This document shows positions 45,504 to 54,432 of a stretch of 64,000 bases of DNA, in pieces (position 1 is the first letter of the stretch; every line of letters begins with the position of its first letter). The translations under genes and the position numbers were made by a program. Source of the DNA: an uncultured Actinomycetota bacterium (lineage in GTDB: Bacteria; Actinomycetota; Actinomycetes; JAFAQI01); contig CAVYQE010000007.1 in assembly GCA_963770565.1 (NCBI GenBank), positions 1 through 64,000 on the forward strand, read 5' to 3'. The notes below the pieces were generated by a model. The model was given only the letters and a program-made list of their open reading frames with translations. It searched no databases and was not told the DNA's origin.

Positions 45504-46712
45504 TTACTCGAGGTAGTCGCGGAGCTTCTGTGAGCGGCTGGGGTGGCGCAGCTTCGACAGCGTCTTCGCCTCGATCTGGCGGATCCGCTCACGGGTGAGG
45601 CCGAACTCGCGGCCGATCTCGTCGAGGGTGCGCGGCTGGCCGTCGGTCAACCCGAACCGCAGCGCGACCACGGCCGCCTCGCGCTCCGGCAGCGTCTTGA
45701 GCACGCTGTCGAGCTCGCGCTGCAGCAGCCCGAACGACACGACCTCCGCCGCGATCGGCGCGTCGGCGTCCTCGATGAAGTCGCCGAGCTGGCTGTCGCC
45801 CTCGTCGCCGACGTTCTGCTCGAGCGAGACCGGCTCCCGGGCGTAGCCCTGGATCTCGACCACCTTGTCAGGAGTCATGTCGAGCTCCTTGGCGAGCTCG
45901 TCCGCAGTCGGCTCCCGGCCGAGGTCCTGCAGCATCTGGCGCTGCACCCGGGTCAGCTTGTTGATCTGCTCGACCATGTGGACCGGGATCCGGATCGTGC
46001 GGGCCTGGTCGGCCATCGCCCGAGTGATCGCCTGTCGGATCCACCAAGTCGCGTACGTCGAAAACTTGTAGCCCTTGGTGTAGTCGAACTTCTCGACCGC
46101 CCGGATCAGGCCGAGGTTGCCCTCCTGGATCAGGTCGAGGAAGGCCATGCCGCGCCCGGTGTAACGCTTCGCCACCGAGACGACCAGCCGCAGGTTGGCC
46201 TCGAGCAGGTGGTCCTTCGCCCGCTGGCCGTCGGCGGTGAGCCAGATGTAGTCCTTCTGGACCTGCTTGGTCATCTTCAGGTCGCCGCAGTCGAACAGCC
46301 GCAGCCGCTCGGCGGCGAACAGGCCGGCCTCGATCCGCTTTGCGAGCTCGACCTCCTGCTCGGCGTTGAGCAGCGCGACCCGGCCGATCTCCTTGAGGTA
46401 GGCGCGAACCAGGTCGGTCGAGGGACCGGAGTTGTCTTCCTCGGCGATGACCTCGACGTCGTCTTCCTCGTCCTCGACCAGCTCGCTCGCCGGCGGCTCG
46501 GCCTCGGGGTCGATGTCGGCAGCGGCCAGCAGCGGCGGGGGTGCGGCGTCGCCGGGCTCGCCGGCCGGCGCAGCCTGAGTCGCAGCGGCTTCTTCGGTGT
46601 CGGAGTCAGCGACCACCGCGATAGCGGACTTGCGGCGGCGGCGAGGTGTGGCGGCTTTGGCCGGTGCAGACTCCTTGGACGGGCCTGCGGTGGCCTGACG
46701 TGCGCTGCTCAC
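45504..46712 (-). CDS. sigA: RNA polymerase principal sigma factor (RpoD/SigA-like)
   Basis: Basic then acidic disordered N-terminus; [60 protein letters not shown]. Confidence 0.88.
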   Translation of the reverse strand: MSSARQATAGPSKESAPAKAATPRRRRKSAIAVVADSDTEEAAATQAAPAGEPGDAAPPPLLAAADIDPEAEPPASELVEDEEDDVEVIAEEDNSGPSTDLVRAYLKEIGRVALLNAEQEVELAKRIEAGLFAAERLRLFDCGDLKMTKQVQKDYIWLTADGQRAKDHLLEANLRLVVSVAKRYTGRGMAFLDLIQEGNLGLIRAVEKFDYTKGYKFSTYATWWIRQAITRAMADQARTIRIPVHMVEQINKLTRVQRQMLQDLGREPTADELAKELDMTPDKVVEIQGYAREPVSLEQNVGDEGDSQLGDFIEDADAPIAAEVVSFGLLQRELDSVLKTLPEREAAVVALRFGLTDGQPRTLDEIGREFGLTRERIRQIEAKTLSKLRHPSRSQKLRDYLE

Positions 46713-46857
46713 TAAGGGCCTCTCCCGGGCTAAGGACTTCGTCGCCAGACTAGCGCGGGTTTTGGGCTGCCCGGGGCGCCAACCGGAAGCAAGCCGGTGA
46801 CCCGGACGGACCTCAAGATCGTCGATCCGCGGCCGGCCCGGCCGGTCCCGATCCGGC

Positions 46858-47919
46858 TCAGCGGACGGTCGTGGTGGCGGTCGCGTTCGGTACGCCGGCG
46901 ATCGCGAAGGTCACCGTGATCGGGTAGCCGGTGCGAAACCCGCGACGGTCAGGGGCGTACGAGACCCTCGGGAGATCGAGGGTCAGGGTGCCGTGCGCGG
47001 GCACCACCAGGCGGCTGCTGAGGAACGGCAAGGGCGCGGCGATCTCCTCCGATGTCCCGTCTCCCAAGGCGTCCACCACGCCGATGATGTACGTCGGGAT
47101 CGGGTTCAGCGACACCGCTTCCGCGGAGCCGTTGGTCACGGTGACACGCAGCCGCGTCAGCGCCGAGTGGTAGCTGTTCGGCCGGATGGTGAGCTGGGCG
47201 GTCAGGGCCCGCCAGGCCGGCGGCGCACCCTGGACCGGCTCGCCGATGCCGCCGGCCGTACCTCGGATCAGCGCCGAGTCAGAGTTGCCGTTGACGCACC
47301 GCGGTTGCGGCCCGCTCAGCGGTACATCGAAGGTCTCCCGGCCGAAGCTCAACCGCACCGCCTGAGCTCGTTCGCCGCACCACGAACCGGTCCAGCTGAA
47401 GCCGAACGAGATCTGCCCGACCGCGAGCGCCGGCTCCGCGAAGTCGGTCGCCGGATTGGTGCGATCGGAGTTCGGGATGAGCGGGATGCCGGACATGGGT
47501 CGGCCGCCGCTGACCAGGGCGATCGGTGCCATCCGGATCGGGAAGTGGCAGTTGTGCGCAGTTGCCGTGACGACTCCGACCACTCCACCGATCGTGGGTC
47601 GGAGCTGCGCAGTGCTTCGGATCGCGCGCAGCCGGCACGGCGGCAATGGGGGCGGCGGGAACGACTCGGGTGGCACCGGCGGTGGCGCGACGTTGAACGC
47701 CTGGCTCGTCGTCACCGAGCCGGGGCTGATCGGAACGGGCGACAGCGCATGCTGATTCGGCGCCTTGTGCCCCTCGGTCGCGAGCGCGAGGGTGACCACG
47801 AGCGCGACAACGGCCAGGACGATGCCGATTGCCGTCGCTTGACGTCGTGCCGAGCGCGGTCGCTGGGGCTCGGGCGGCTCGCCGAGTTCGAGCATCTCGA
47901 ACTCGTCGCCGACCGTCAC
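46858..47919 (-). CDS. Membrane-anchored hypothetical protein with Pro-rich linker and Cys-containing outer domain
   Basis: Single TM ([17 protein letters not shown]), [17 protein letters not shown] linker, W.GSWCG motif. Confidence 0.65.
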   Translation of the reverse strand: MTVGDEFEMLELGEPPEPQRPRSARRQATAIGIVLAVVALVVTLALATEGHKAPNQHALSPVPISPGSVTTSQAFNVAPPPVPPESFPPPPLPPCRLRAIRSTAQLRPTIGGVVGVVTATAHNCHFPIRMAPIALVSGGRPMSGIPLIPNSDRTNPATDFAEPALAVGQISFGFSWTGSWCGERAQAVRLSFGRETFDVPLSGPQPRCVNGNSDSALIRGTAGGIGEPVQGAPPAWRALTAQLTIRPNSYHSALTRLRVTVTNGSAEAVSLNPIPTYIIGVVDALGDGTSEEIAAPLPFLSSRLVVPAHGTLTLDLPRVSYAPDRRGFRTGYPITVTFAIAGVPNATATTTVR

Positions 47920-47953
47920 AGGTAGAGCGTTGCGCGCCTCGCGGCTCCCGTCG

Positions 47954-48101
47954 AGCCACCAGCCCCGGTAGTCCCTACGCCCGTTTCAGCACCCAACGCC
48001 TCGACCAAATCGGGCATTCGGGTCGCGAGGGGGGCGTTACGCCGGCCGTCAACAGGCGTTGTGTGTTGAAACGGGCGGGCGCGCCGGGGCGCGTGGTGGC
48101 T
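47954..48101. repeat. Long intergenic inverted-repeat element (MITE/REP-like or structured 3' UTR)
   Basis: 24-bp arms 47978-48001 and 48054-48077 with 2 mismatches; outer arms AGCCACCA..GCCCCGG / CCGGGGC..TGGTGGCT. Confidence 0.65.
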
Positions 48102-49572
48102 ACAGGTCGACCGCGACGTACTTGGTGGTGACGTACTCGTCGATGCCCTCGAGTCCGCCCTCGCGCCCGAAGCCGGACTCCTTGATCCCGCCGAACGGTG
48201 CCGCGGCGTTGCTGACCAGTCCGCGGTTGAGGCCGAGCATGCCGACCTCGAGTGCCTCGCTGACCCGGAACGCGCGTTTGATGTCGCGGGTGAACAGGTA
48301 GGCGACCAGGCCGAACTCGGTCGCGTTGGCCGCCTCGATCACCTCGGCTTCGGTCGAGAAGGTCGCCACCGGTGCGACCGGACCGAAGATCTCCTCGCGG
48401 AGCAGGTCTGCATCGTGAGTGATGCCCGACAGCACGGTCGGTGCGTAGAAGTAGCCGCGGTCGCCGACCCGCTCGCCGCCGGTCATGACCTTTGCGCCCT
48501 TGCCGACCGCGTCATCGACGAGCTCGGCAACCTTGTCGCGCTGCGTCCCGTCGATCAGTGGCCCGACCTGCACGCCGTCCTCGGTGCCGCGGCCGACCGA
48601 CATCGCGCCCAACCGCTCCGAGAGCCGGGCCGCGAACTCGGTCGCGACCGACTCGTGGACCAGGAACCGGTTGGCCGCGACGCATGACTCGCCGCCGTTG
48701 CGCATCTTGGCGATCAGGGCCTGGTCGACGGCTTCGTCGAGGTTGGCGTCGTCAAACACGATGTACGGCGCATTGCCGCCGAGCTCCATCGAGCACTTGA
48801 TCAGCCGCTTCGAGGCCTGCTCCATCAGCTTCTTGCCGATCGGGGTGGAGCCGGTGAACGACATCTTGCGCAGCCGCGGGTCGTCGAACAGCGGTCCGGT
48901 CACCTTGCTGGCACTGCTGGACGTGATCACGTTGAGTACGCCGGCCGGAAGGCCGGCCTCGGTCATCAGCTCAGCAAGCGCGAGCATCGACAGCGGGGTC
49001 TGCTGGGCCGGCTTCACGACCATCGTGCAGCCGGCCGCAACAGCCGGCCCGATCTTGCGGGTGCCCATCGCGGTCGGGAAGTTCCACGGCGTGATCAGCA
49101 GGCACGGCCCGATCGGCGCCTTCATCGTAAGCAGCCGGCCGGACCCGTTCGGGTTCACCGCGTAGCGCCCGTCGATCCGCACCGCCTGCTCGGAGAACCA
49201 GCGGAGGAACTCCGCGGCGTACACGATCTCGCCCTTCGACTCGGCGAGCGGCTTGCCCATCTCGAGCGTCATGAGCAGAGCGAGGTCGTCGGCCCGGGAG
49301 TTCATCAGCTCGAAGGTCCGGCGCAGGATCTCGCCGCGGTCGCGAGGCGGGGTGGCGCCCCACGCGGCCTGGGCCGCACACGCCGCGTCCAGCGCGGCGG
49401 CAGCGTCCTCGGGTGTGCCGTCGGCGACCGCGCAGAGCGCCTCCTCCGTGCTTGGGTCCTCGATGTCGAGCGTCATGCCGCTCGAGCTGTCGCGCCACTC
49501 ACCCCCGATGAACAGTTGGTGCGGCGCGGCGTCGAGGACGCGCTTTTCGTCAGCTGCAGTCACGGTCGTCAT
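48100..49572 (-). CDS. gabD: NAD(P)-dependent succinate-semialdehyde dehydrogenase
   Basis: ITPWNFP, FTGST, SMELGGNAP, KMRN.G..CVAANR, EEIFGP, PFGG.KESG.GREG. Confidence 0.92.
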   Translation of the reverse strand: MTTVTAADEKRVLDAAPHQLFIGGEWRDSSSGMTLDIEDPSTEEALCAVADGTPEDAAAALDAACAAQAAWGATPPRDRGEILRRTFELMNSRADDLALLMTLEMGKPLAESKGEIVYAAEFLRWFSEQAVRIDGRYAVNPNGSGRLLTMKAPIGPCLLITPWNFPTAMGTRKIGPAVAAGCTMVVKPAQQTPLSMLALAELMTEAGLPAGVLNVITSSSASKVTGPLFDDPRLRKMSFTGSTPIGKKLMEQASKRLIKCSMELGGNAPYIVFDDANLDEAVDQALIAKMRNGGESCVAANRFLVHESVATEFAARLSERLGAMSVGRGTEDGVQVGPLIDGTQRDKVAELVDDAVGKGAKVMTGGERVGDRGYFYAPTVLSGITHDADLLREEIFGPVAPVATFSTEAEVIEAANATEFGLVAYLFTRDIKRAFRVSEALEVGMLGLNRGLVSNAAAPFGGIKESGFGREGGLEGIDEYVTTKYVAVDL

Positions 49573-50242
49573 CCCTCTGTCGTACACCACGCGGGCCGCC
49601 CGCCACGATCACGATGTCCGGCTCGCCCCTGGCCACCATGATCGCGTGTGTCTGCACCGAGGCGAAATGCCGGTCCAGGACTGCCTGGTACGCCGGTGCC
49701 GGTGCCGAGCTCCAGATCGCCAGCACCCCGCCGTCCTGCAGGCGGGACTCGATCAGGTCGGTGCCCGCATCGTCGTACAGCGTGGCGTTGCCGGCCGTGA
49801 CCGTCCAGCCGGGGCCGTTGTCGACGTCGAGGCAGATCACGTCGTACCGGGTCGACGTGGATCGAAGGTGCGCGACGACGTCGACGACGACGAGCCGCAC
49901 CCGGTCGTCCGTGAGGGCGGCACCCGAGTAGTCGGCCAGGTGGCGGCCGTGCCACTCGATGAGGGCGGGCTCGATCTCGACCACCTCGACCTGACGCACG
50001 CGGGCGTCGGAGAGCGCCTCGACGAGCGAGAAGCCGACCCCCAATCCGGCGATCAGCACCACCTGCGGGTCCGGGTGCCGGGCGAGTGCCGCGCTGGCGA
50101 GCAGCCGCTCGGAGCGCCCGTCGCGAGTGTCCATCAGGAACGTGCCGTTGCTGATCACCTCGTAGTGCGCGCCGTCGCGGCGGAGCACCAGCTCGCCGCG
50201 CGGGGTCGCCGCTCGTTCGACGACCAGCGGCCGATCGGTCAC
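49550..50242 (-). CDS. Spermidine synthase-like SAM-dependent methyltransferase
   Basis: TPRGELVLR, NG.FLMD....SE, LI.GLG.GF, LDVDNGP, LAIWS. Confidence 0.85.
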   Translation of the reverse strand: MTDRPLVVERAATPRGELVLRRDGAHYEVISNGTFLMDTRDGRSERLLASAALARHPDPQVVLIAGLGVGFSLVEALSDARVRQVEVVEIEPALIEWHGRHLADYSGAALTDDRVRLVVVDVVAHLRSTSTRYDVICLDVDNGPGWTVTAGNATLYDDAGTDLIESRLQDGGVLAIWSSAPAPAYQAVLDRHFASVQTHAIMVARGEPDIVIVAGGPRGVRQRDDDRDCS

Positions 50243-50703
50243 TCGGGGGCGACGATGCTCGCCAACTGTGACGAGATCAGGTTGCGGTCCTCGTCGTCGT
50301 CGACCTTCTCGAGCAGGGCTCGGGCCAGGTCCGCCTCGTAGGTGTAGTTGGCCTTGTCACCTGCGGCCGCGTGTGCCCGGGCGAGCCCCTCGTGCGCCGA
50401 GGCCTTCAGCCAGGTCGGCAGGTCGGCCGACTCGGCCCGGTCGACCGCCGCGCGGGCAAAGGTGAGTGCGACATCCGGAAGGCCGGCCAGGCTGGCGGTA
50501 TGGGCGACCTGCCAGTCGGCCACCGCGAGGTTCTCCTCGGTGCCGCCCGCCTCTATCCAGTGCTGGCGGGAGGCGAGCGCCAGGGTCACCATGTCGCGGT
50601 TCTCGGCGATGCTCCGGACGGGCGTGTCGATCAGGTCCCAGGCCGCGTTGAAGTACTGGATCGCCTGGCCGCGATGGCTCGGCTGCCAATCGTCTTCAGT
50701 CAT
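50239..50703 (-). CDS. Conserved alpha-helical hypothetical protein
   Basis: H...A...FN..W.L, M...A.AS..HW...G...N.....WQ, EGLARA pattern; ATGA overlap with the acyltransferase. Confidence 0.75.
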   Translation of the reverse strand: MTEDDWQPSHRGQAIQYFNAAWDLIDTPVRSIAENRDMVTLALASRQHWIEAGGTEENLAVADWQVAHTASLAGLPDVALTFARAAVDRAESADLPTWLKASAHEGLARAHAAAGDKANYTYEADLARALLEKVDDDEDRNLISSQLASIVAPE

Positions 50704-51629
50704 CGCCATGCCCTCGCCTTCGCGCCCCGGACCGTCGGTCCGGCGGTTGACGCCCACACCCGTCGCCAGTTCGCCACTTCGGGACCGGACGACGACGGCG
50801 TGGCGTCGCTCGCGGCCCGGCGGGCCGCGGCGTACCAGTCGGTGGTGTCCTCGTCGAGCAGGGCCGCGAGTGCGTCCGATACCCGGCCGTTGAGGGCCAA
50901 GGTGTTCTCGTCCGGCAGTGGGCGGACCGGCCGGCCGTAGCGCACGTGCACCGGCGGCCGGCCCGGCTTCGGCCAGTTGCGCCCGCGCGGCATCGCGGCG
51001 TACGAGCCGGCGATCGCCACCGGCACGATCGGGATGCCGTGGGTGCGCGCCAGTGCCGCCGCACCCGGGCGGAACCGCCGGGTCCAGCCGTCCGGCGACC
51101 GGGTGCCCTCGGGAAACATCACGATGGACCAGCCCTGCTCGATCAACGTTGCGGGCGTGTCGGAAAGCCCGGTGCCGTGCCGCTCGATCGGGAACGTCGC
51201 GAACAGCAGTGCCGAGCCGATCGCCCGCCACCAGGCGTCGAAGAAGTAGTCGGCGGCCGCGCCGACGGTGATCTTCCGCTGCCACTTCACCGGAAGCGTC
51301 GTGAGCAATAGCGCGGTGTCGAGATGCGAGGTGTGGTTGGCGACCAGGATGACCGGGCCTTCGAGGTCGTCGAAGATGTCGAGGCCGTCGACCTCGACGG
51401 TCGTCTCGCGCCGGACCAGTGGCGAGAGCCCGCCGCGCAACGCGACCTCCCGAACCATTCGCGCCGGTCGCGAGCGAGCCCATTCGGTCGGGAACTCGCG
51501 GGGCTCCGGGAAGGTGTGATGCGGCTCGGCCGACCGCGGTGGCAGCGACCGGCGGGTCCAGCGCCAGCCGCGCGACATCACGGCCAGGTCGGCGACGAGA
51601 CCCGGCCGGCGTTGGTTCACGCGACTCAT
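50700..51629 (-). CDS. Lysophospholipid/glycerol-phosphate acyltransferase (PlsC family)
   Basis: NHTSHLD (HxxxxD), AAADYFF, FPIER, FPEGTRS, PIVPV. Confidence 0.92.
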   Translation of the reverse strand: MSRVNQRRPGLVADLAVMSRGWRWTRRSLPPRSAEPHHTFPEPREFPTEWARSRPARMVREVALRGGLSPLVRRETTVEVDGLDIFDDLEGPVILVANHTSHLDTALLLTTLPVKWQRKITVGAAADYFFDAWWRAIGSALLFATFPIERHGTGLSDTPATLIEQGWSIVMFPEGTRSPDGWTRRFRPGAAALARTHGIPIVPVAIAGSYAAMPRGRNWPKPGRPPVHVRYGRPVRPLPDENTLALNGRVSDALAALLDEDTTDWYAAARRAASDATPSSSGPEVANWRRVWASTAGPTVRGAKARAWR

Positions 51630-53223
51630 CTGACGTCCGCGAGCATGTGCGGCGGCGCGTGCAGGTAGGTGATCGACGGGCTAGAACCGACCGCGCCACG
51701 GCACCATCTCGAGCGCGTCGGCCAGCGTCGTCGCGGCGCGAAACCCCATACGTTCCACGGCTTTTCGGTCGGCGCCGACCCAGACGACATTGCGCGATCC
51801 CGAGGTGGTCGAGCGCGTGCGCGCCCCAGTACCACATGTAGAAGGGGTGCACGCCGTGGTAGGCGTGCGAGGTCCGGTAGAGGTGGATGTACCAGGGGTC
51901 GGTCGCGTACTGCCTTCTCGAACTTCGCCTCGATGGTCGCCGGGTCGGTCGACTCCGACGAGCACCTCTTCGAAGAAGTCGACGTAGCTCGGGTGGTGCA
52001 GCTGGCTGAACTCGTACGGCACCGGGTGATGGAGGATCAGCGCGCCGCCCGGGCGCACCAGCGGCTTTCCCCGGTACATGTTGAAGAAGTAGCCGAGCCC
52101 CAGGCACATCGCGAGGATCGGGTTCATCACCGAGTTGACGTTGTAGGGGCCGACGATACGGCAGCCCCAGCACGAGCACGTCGGACTGGCCCGTTGACCT
52201 CGACCAGCTGCTGGCGATGCACCGACTCCAGGGTCTTCTTGTGGACCGGCCTCGACCTCGCCGGCCTGCACGCTGGTCAGCCCGTACGGCGCTTCCATCC
52301 GCTGGAACGAGCGTGCGCCGCAGCCGCGGCCGGCATCCGGTCGAGGCCGCGCATGGCGCCGAGGCCATCGCCTGGTCGCGCGCCGACCATTCCCACTCGC
52401 GCTTGGTCAGGAAGCCGTACTGCGATCGGGAAAGCGTGGTTGTTGAGCGTCGTCTCGATCTGGAAGATCTTCACGTGCTCGGCGAGCAGCCGGCCCATCC
52501 GCCAGGCCGAGGAGTGCAGCGCCGACTTCTCCGGGTCCATGAACGACCGCGAGTGGACCATCGTGTGGCTGTTGTGGTGGTGCCGCAGCGACTTGTACGA
52601 CGCCAGCCCGATCGGCACCGACTTGTGGCCGCCGTCCATCGCGACGAGGTTGACGTTGACGTAGACGAGCAGGTCGCTCTCGGCCGCCCGCTTGTTGATC
52701 TCGACGTCCTCGCCGCGCGTCGGTCAGGCCGAGGTGCAGCAGGTTGTCGGCGTCCTCGGCGTCGTGGTTGGTGAGCTGGTCCGGCCAGAACGAGCGGAAG
52801 ACCCGCTCGCCGACGATCGGCTGGATCTCGGCCGCGGTCATCCGGCGGTGCAGCGCGTTGGCGACGATCAGCTCGACGTCGTCGACGCCGGCCTCGGCGG
52901 CGCGCGTGAGGACGGCCTCGATGATCCGCTGGCGGATGTCGGGCAGGCGCATCGGCGGCAGCGGCAGGCTGATGTCGTCGAAGGCGATCGTCAGCTTCAT
53001 GCCGGCGCGCAGGAGGGCGCGGCAGCGGCGTCGAGTCGATCGGATGTCGAGCAGCGCCTCGATGGATCGCCTGGTCGACGTCGGGAGGCCGGGCAGGGAC
53101 TCGGGCGGGTAGATCACCCGGGTGCCGAGCGGGAACCGCTCGAGGCGGAAGGCTCTCGCCGGAGTGCACGAGCAGCGGCGGGGTGCGTTCGTCGACCTCG
53201 AGCACGAAGCCCGGGCGGGTCAC
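51626..53223 (-). CDS. LarA/lactate racemase-domain (DUF2088) protein, multiple frameshifts
   Basis: Stitched across frames: [68 protein letters not shown]...[37 protein letters not shown]. Confidence 0.8.
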
Positions 53224-54432
53224 GTGCGTGTCACTTCCGGTGCTGGTGGGCAGGTCGAAGACGACGCGTTCGAGGTGCCCAGCCGGCCTGCGACGAGCGC
53301 GTGGTCGAGGGCCTCGCGCCAGCGGTCCAGCGGGTAGCGCACCGCCGACCAGCGCGTCGAGCGGTGCGCGTCGCGGCGAGCTCGGGTCGCGACCTCGAAG
53401 GCGTCGCCGGCGGCTGGCGTAGGCGCCGGCCAGCGACAGCTCGCGGAACCACGCGGGCGTGAGGTCGGATGCGGTCGCCGGGCACGCCGGAAAGGACGAC
53501 CCGGCCGCCGGCCCGGGTCGACGCGCAGCGCGGCGTCGACCGAGCCTCGCGATCCGACCGCGTCGAGGGTCACATCGACCCCGCCGAGCAGGTACGGCGG
53601 CCCGCGCTCGGGCTCGAGCCGGAGCGCGCGGGTGGCGCGGCGTACCCCGCTCGCGACCTCGGCCGGCGAGATGACGTCGCGTCGCTCCGAACCGCTGCGC
53701 CAGCTCGCGCTGCCGGCGGTGCTTCGCGACGACCGTGATCTCGCCCGGCCGGCGTGAGCTCGCGCAGCGCCAGCGCGGTGAGCAGGCCGACCGCGCCGGC
53801 GCCGACGATCAGTGCCGACCCGCCGTCCGGCTGAGGGCGGCGCGGCGGGCGACGTGCACCGCGCAGGCGAGCGGCTCGACCAGGACCGCGCGGTCGTCGG
53901 GCAGCTCGTCGGGCACGGCGTGCAGCTGGGACACGGTGCGCGACGAACTCGCCGCTCCAGCCGCCGCCGGTGTCGGCGCAGTAGCCGGTCTGCAGGCCGG
54001 GGGACAGGTGGCCGACGGTGATGCGGTCGCACCGGTTGGTCTGGCCGATCCGCGCAGGCCTCGCACGGATCGAGGCCCGGGCGTCACAGCCGAGCACCGG
54101 GTCGATCACCACCCGGGTGCCGGCCGGCATGCCCGGTCGCAGTCGTCGCGGGTCTCGCCGACCACCTCGTGTCCGGGCACGAACGGCATCGAGACCAGCG
54201 AGGCGAAGTAGAGCGAGGAGTGACCGGTCACCGTGGCGAGGTCGGAGCCGCAGATGCCGGAGAGCCGCGGGCGCACCCGGGCCCAGCCCTCACCCGGCGA
54301 TCGCGGACCGTCCCGATGGACCAGGCGAAGCGGCGCCAGCGGACCGGCGAGCAGACCGGGCAGGCGCGGGCCCACTGCCCGCGCCGCGACATAGCGCGGC
54401 AGCGAGCGGTAGACCTCGAGCGCGGAAATCAT
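53220..54432 (-). CDS. Zinc-binding (MDR family) alcohol dehydrogenase, multiple frameshifts
   Basis: SGICGSD, PGHEVVG, structural-Zn Cys region, GGGWS, EPLACAVH, GAGAVGL, YPL..WREA. Confidence 0.82.

Noticed and set aside
50239-52368. 709-aa ORF suggesting a large fusion protein
   Set aside because: An artefact of high GC and indels. Only short LarA fragments and the last ~154 aa are real; the middle is an off-frame reading of the acyltransferase.
53220-53290. Dehydrogenase-LarA gene fusion
   Set aside because: One frame does read through, but the region is indel-rich and a canonical GTGA overlap exists at 53220-53223; not supportable without reads.
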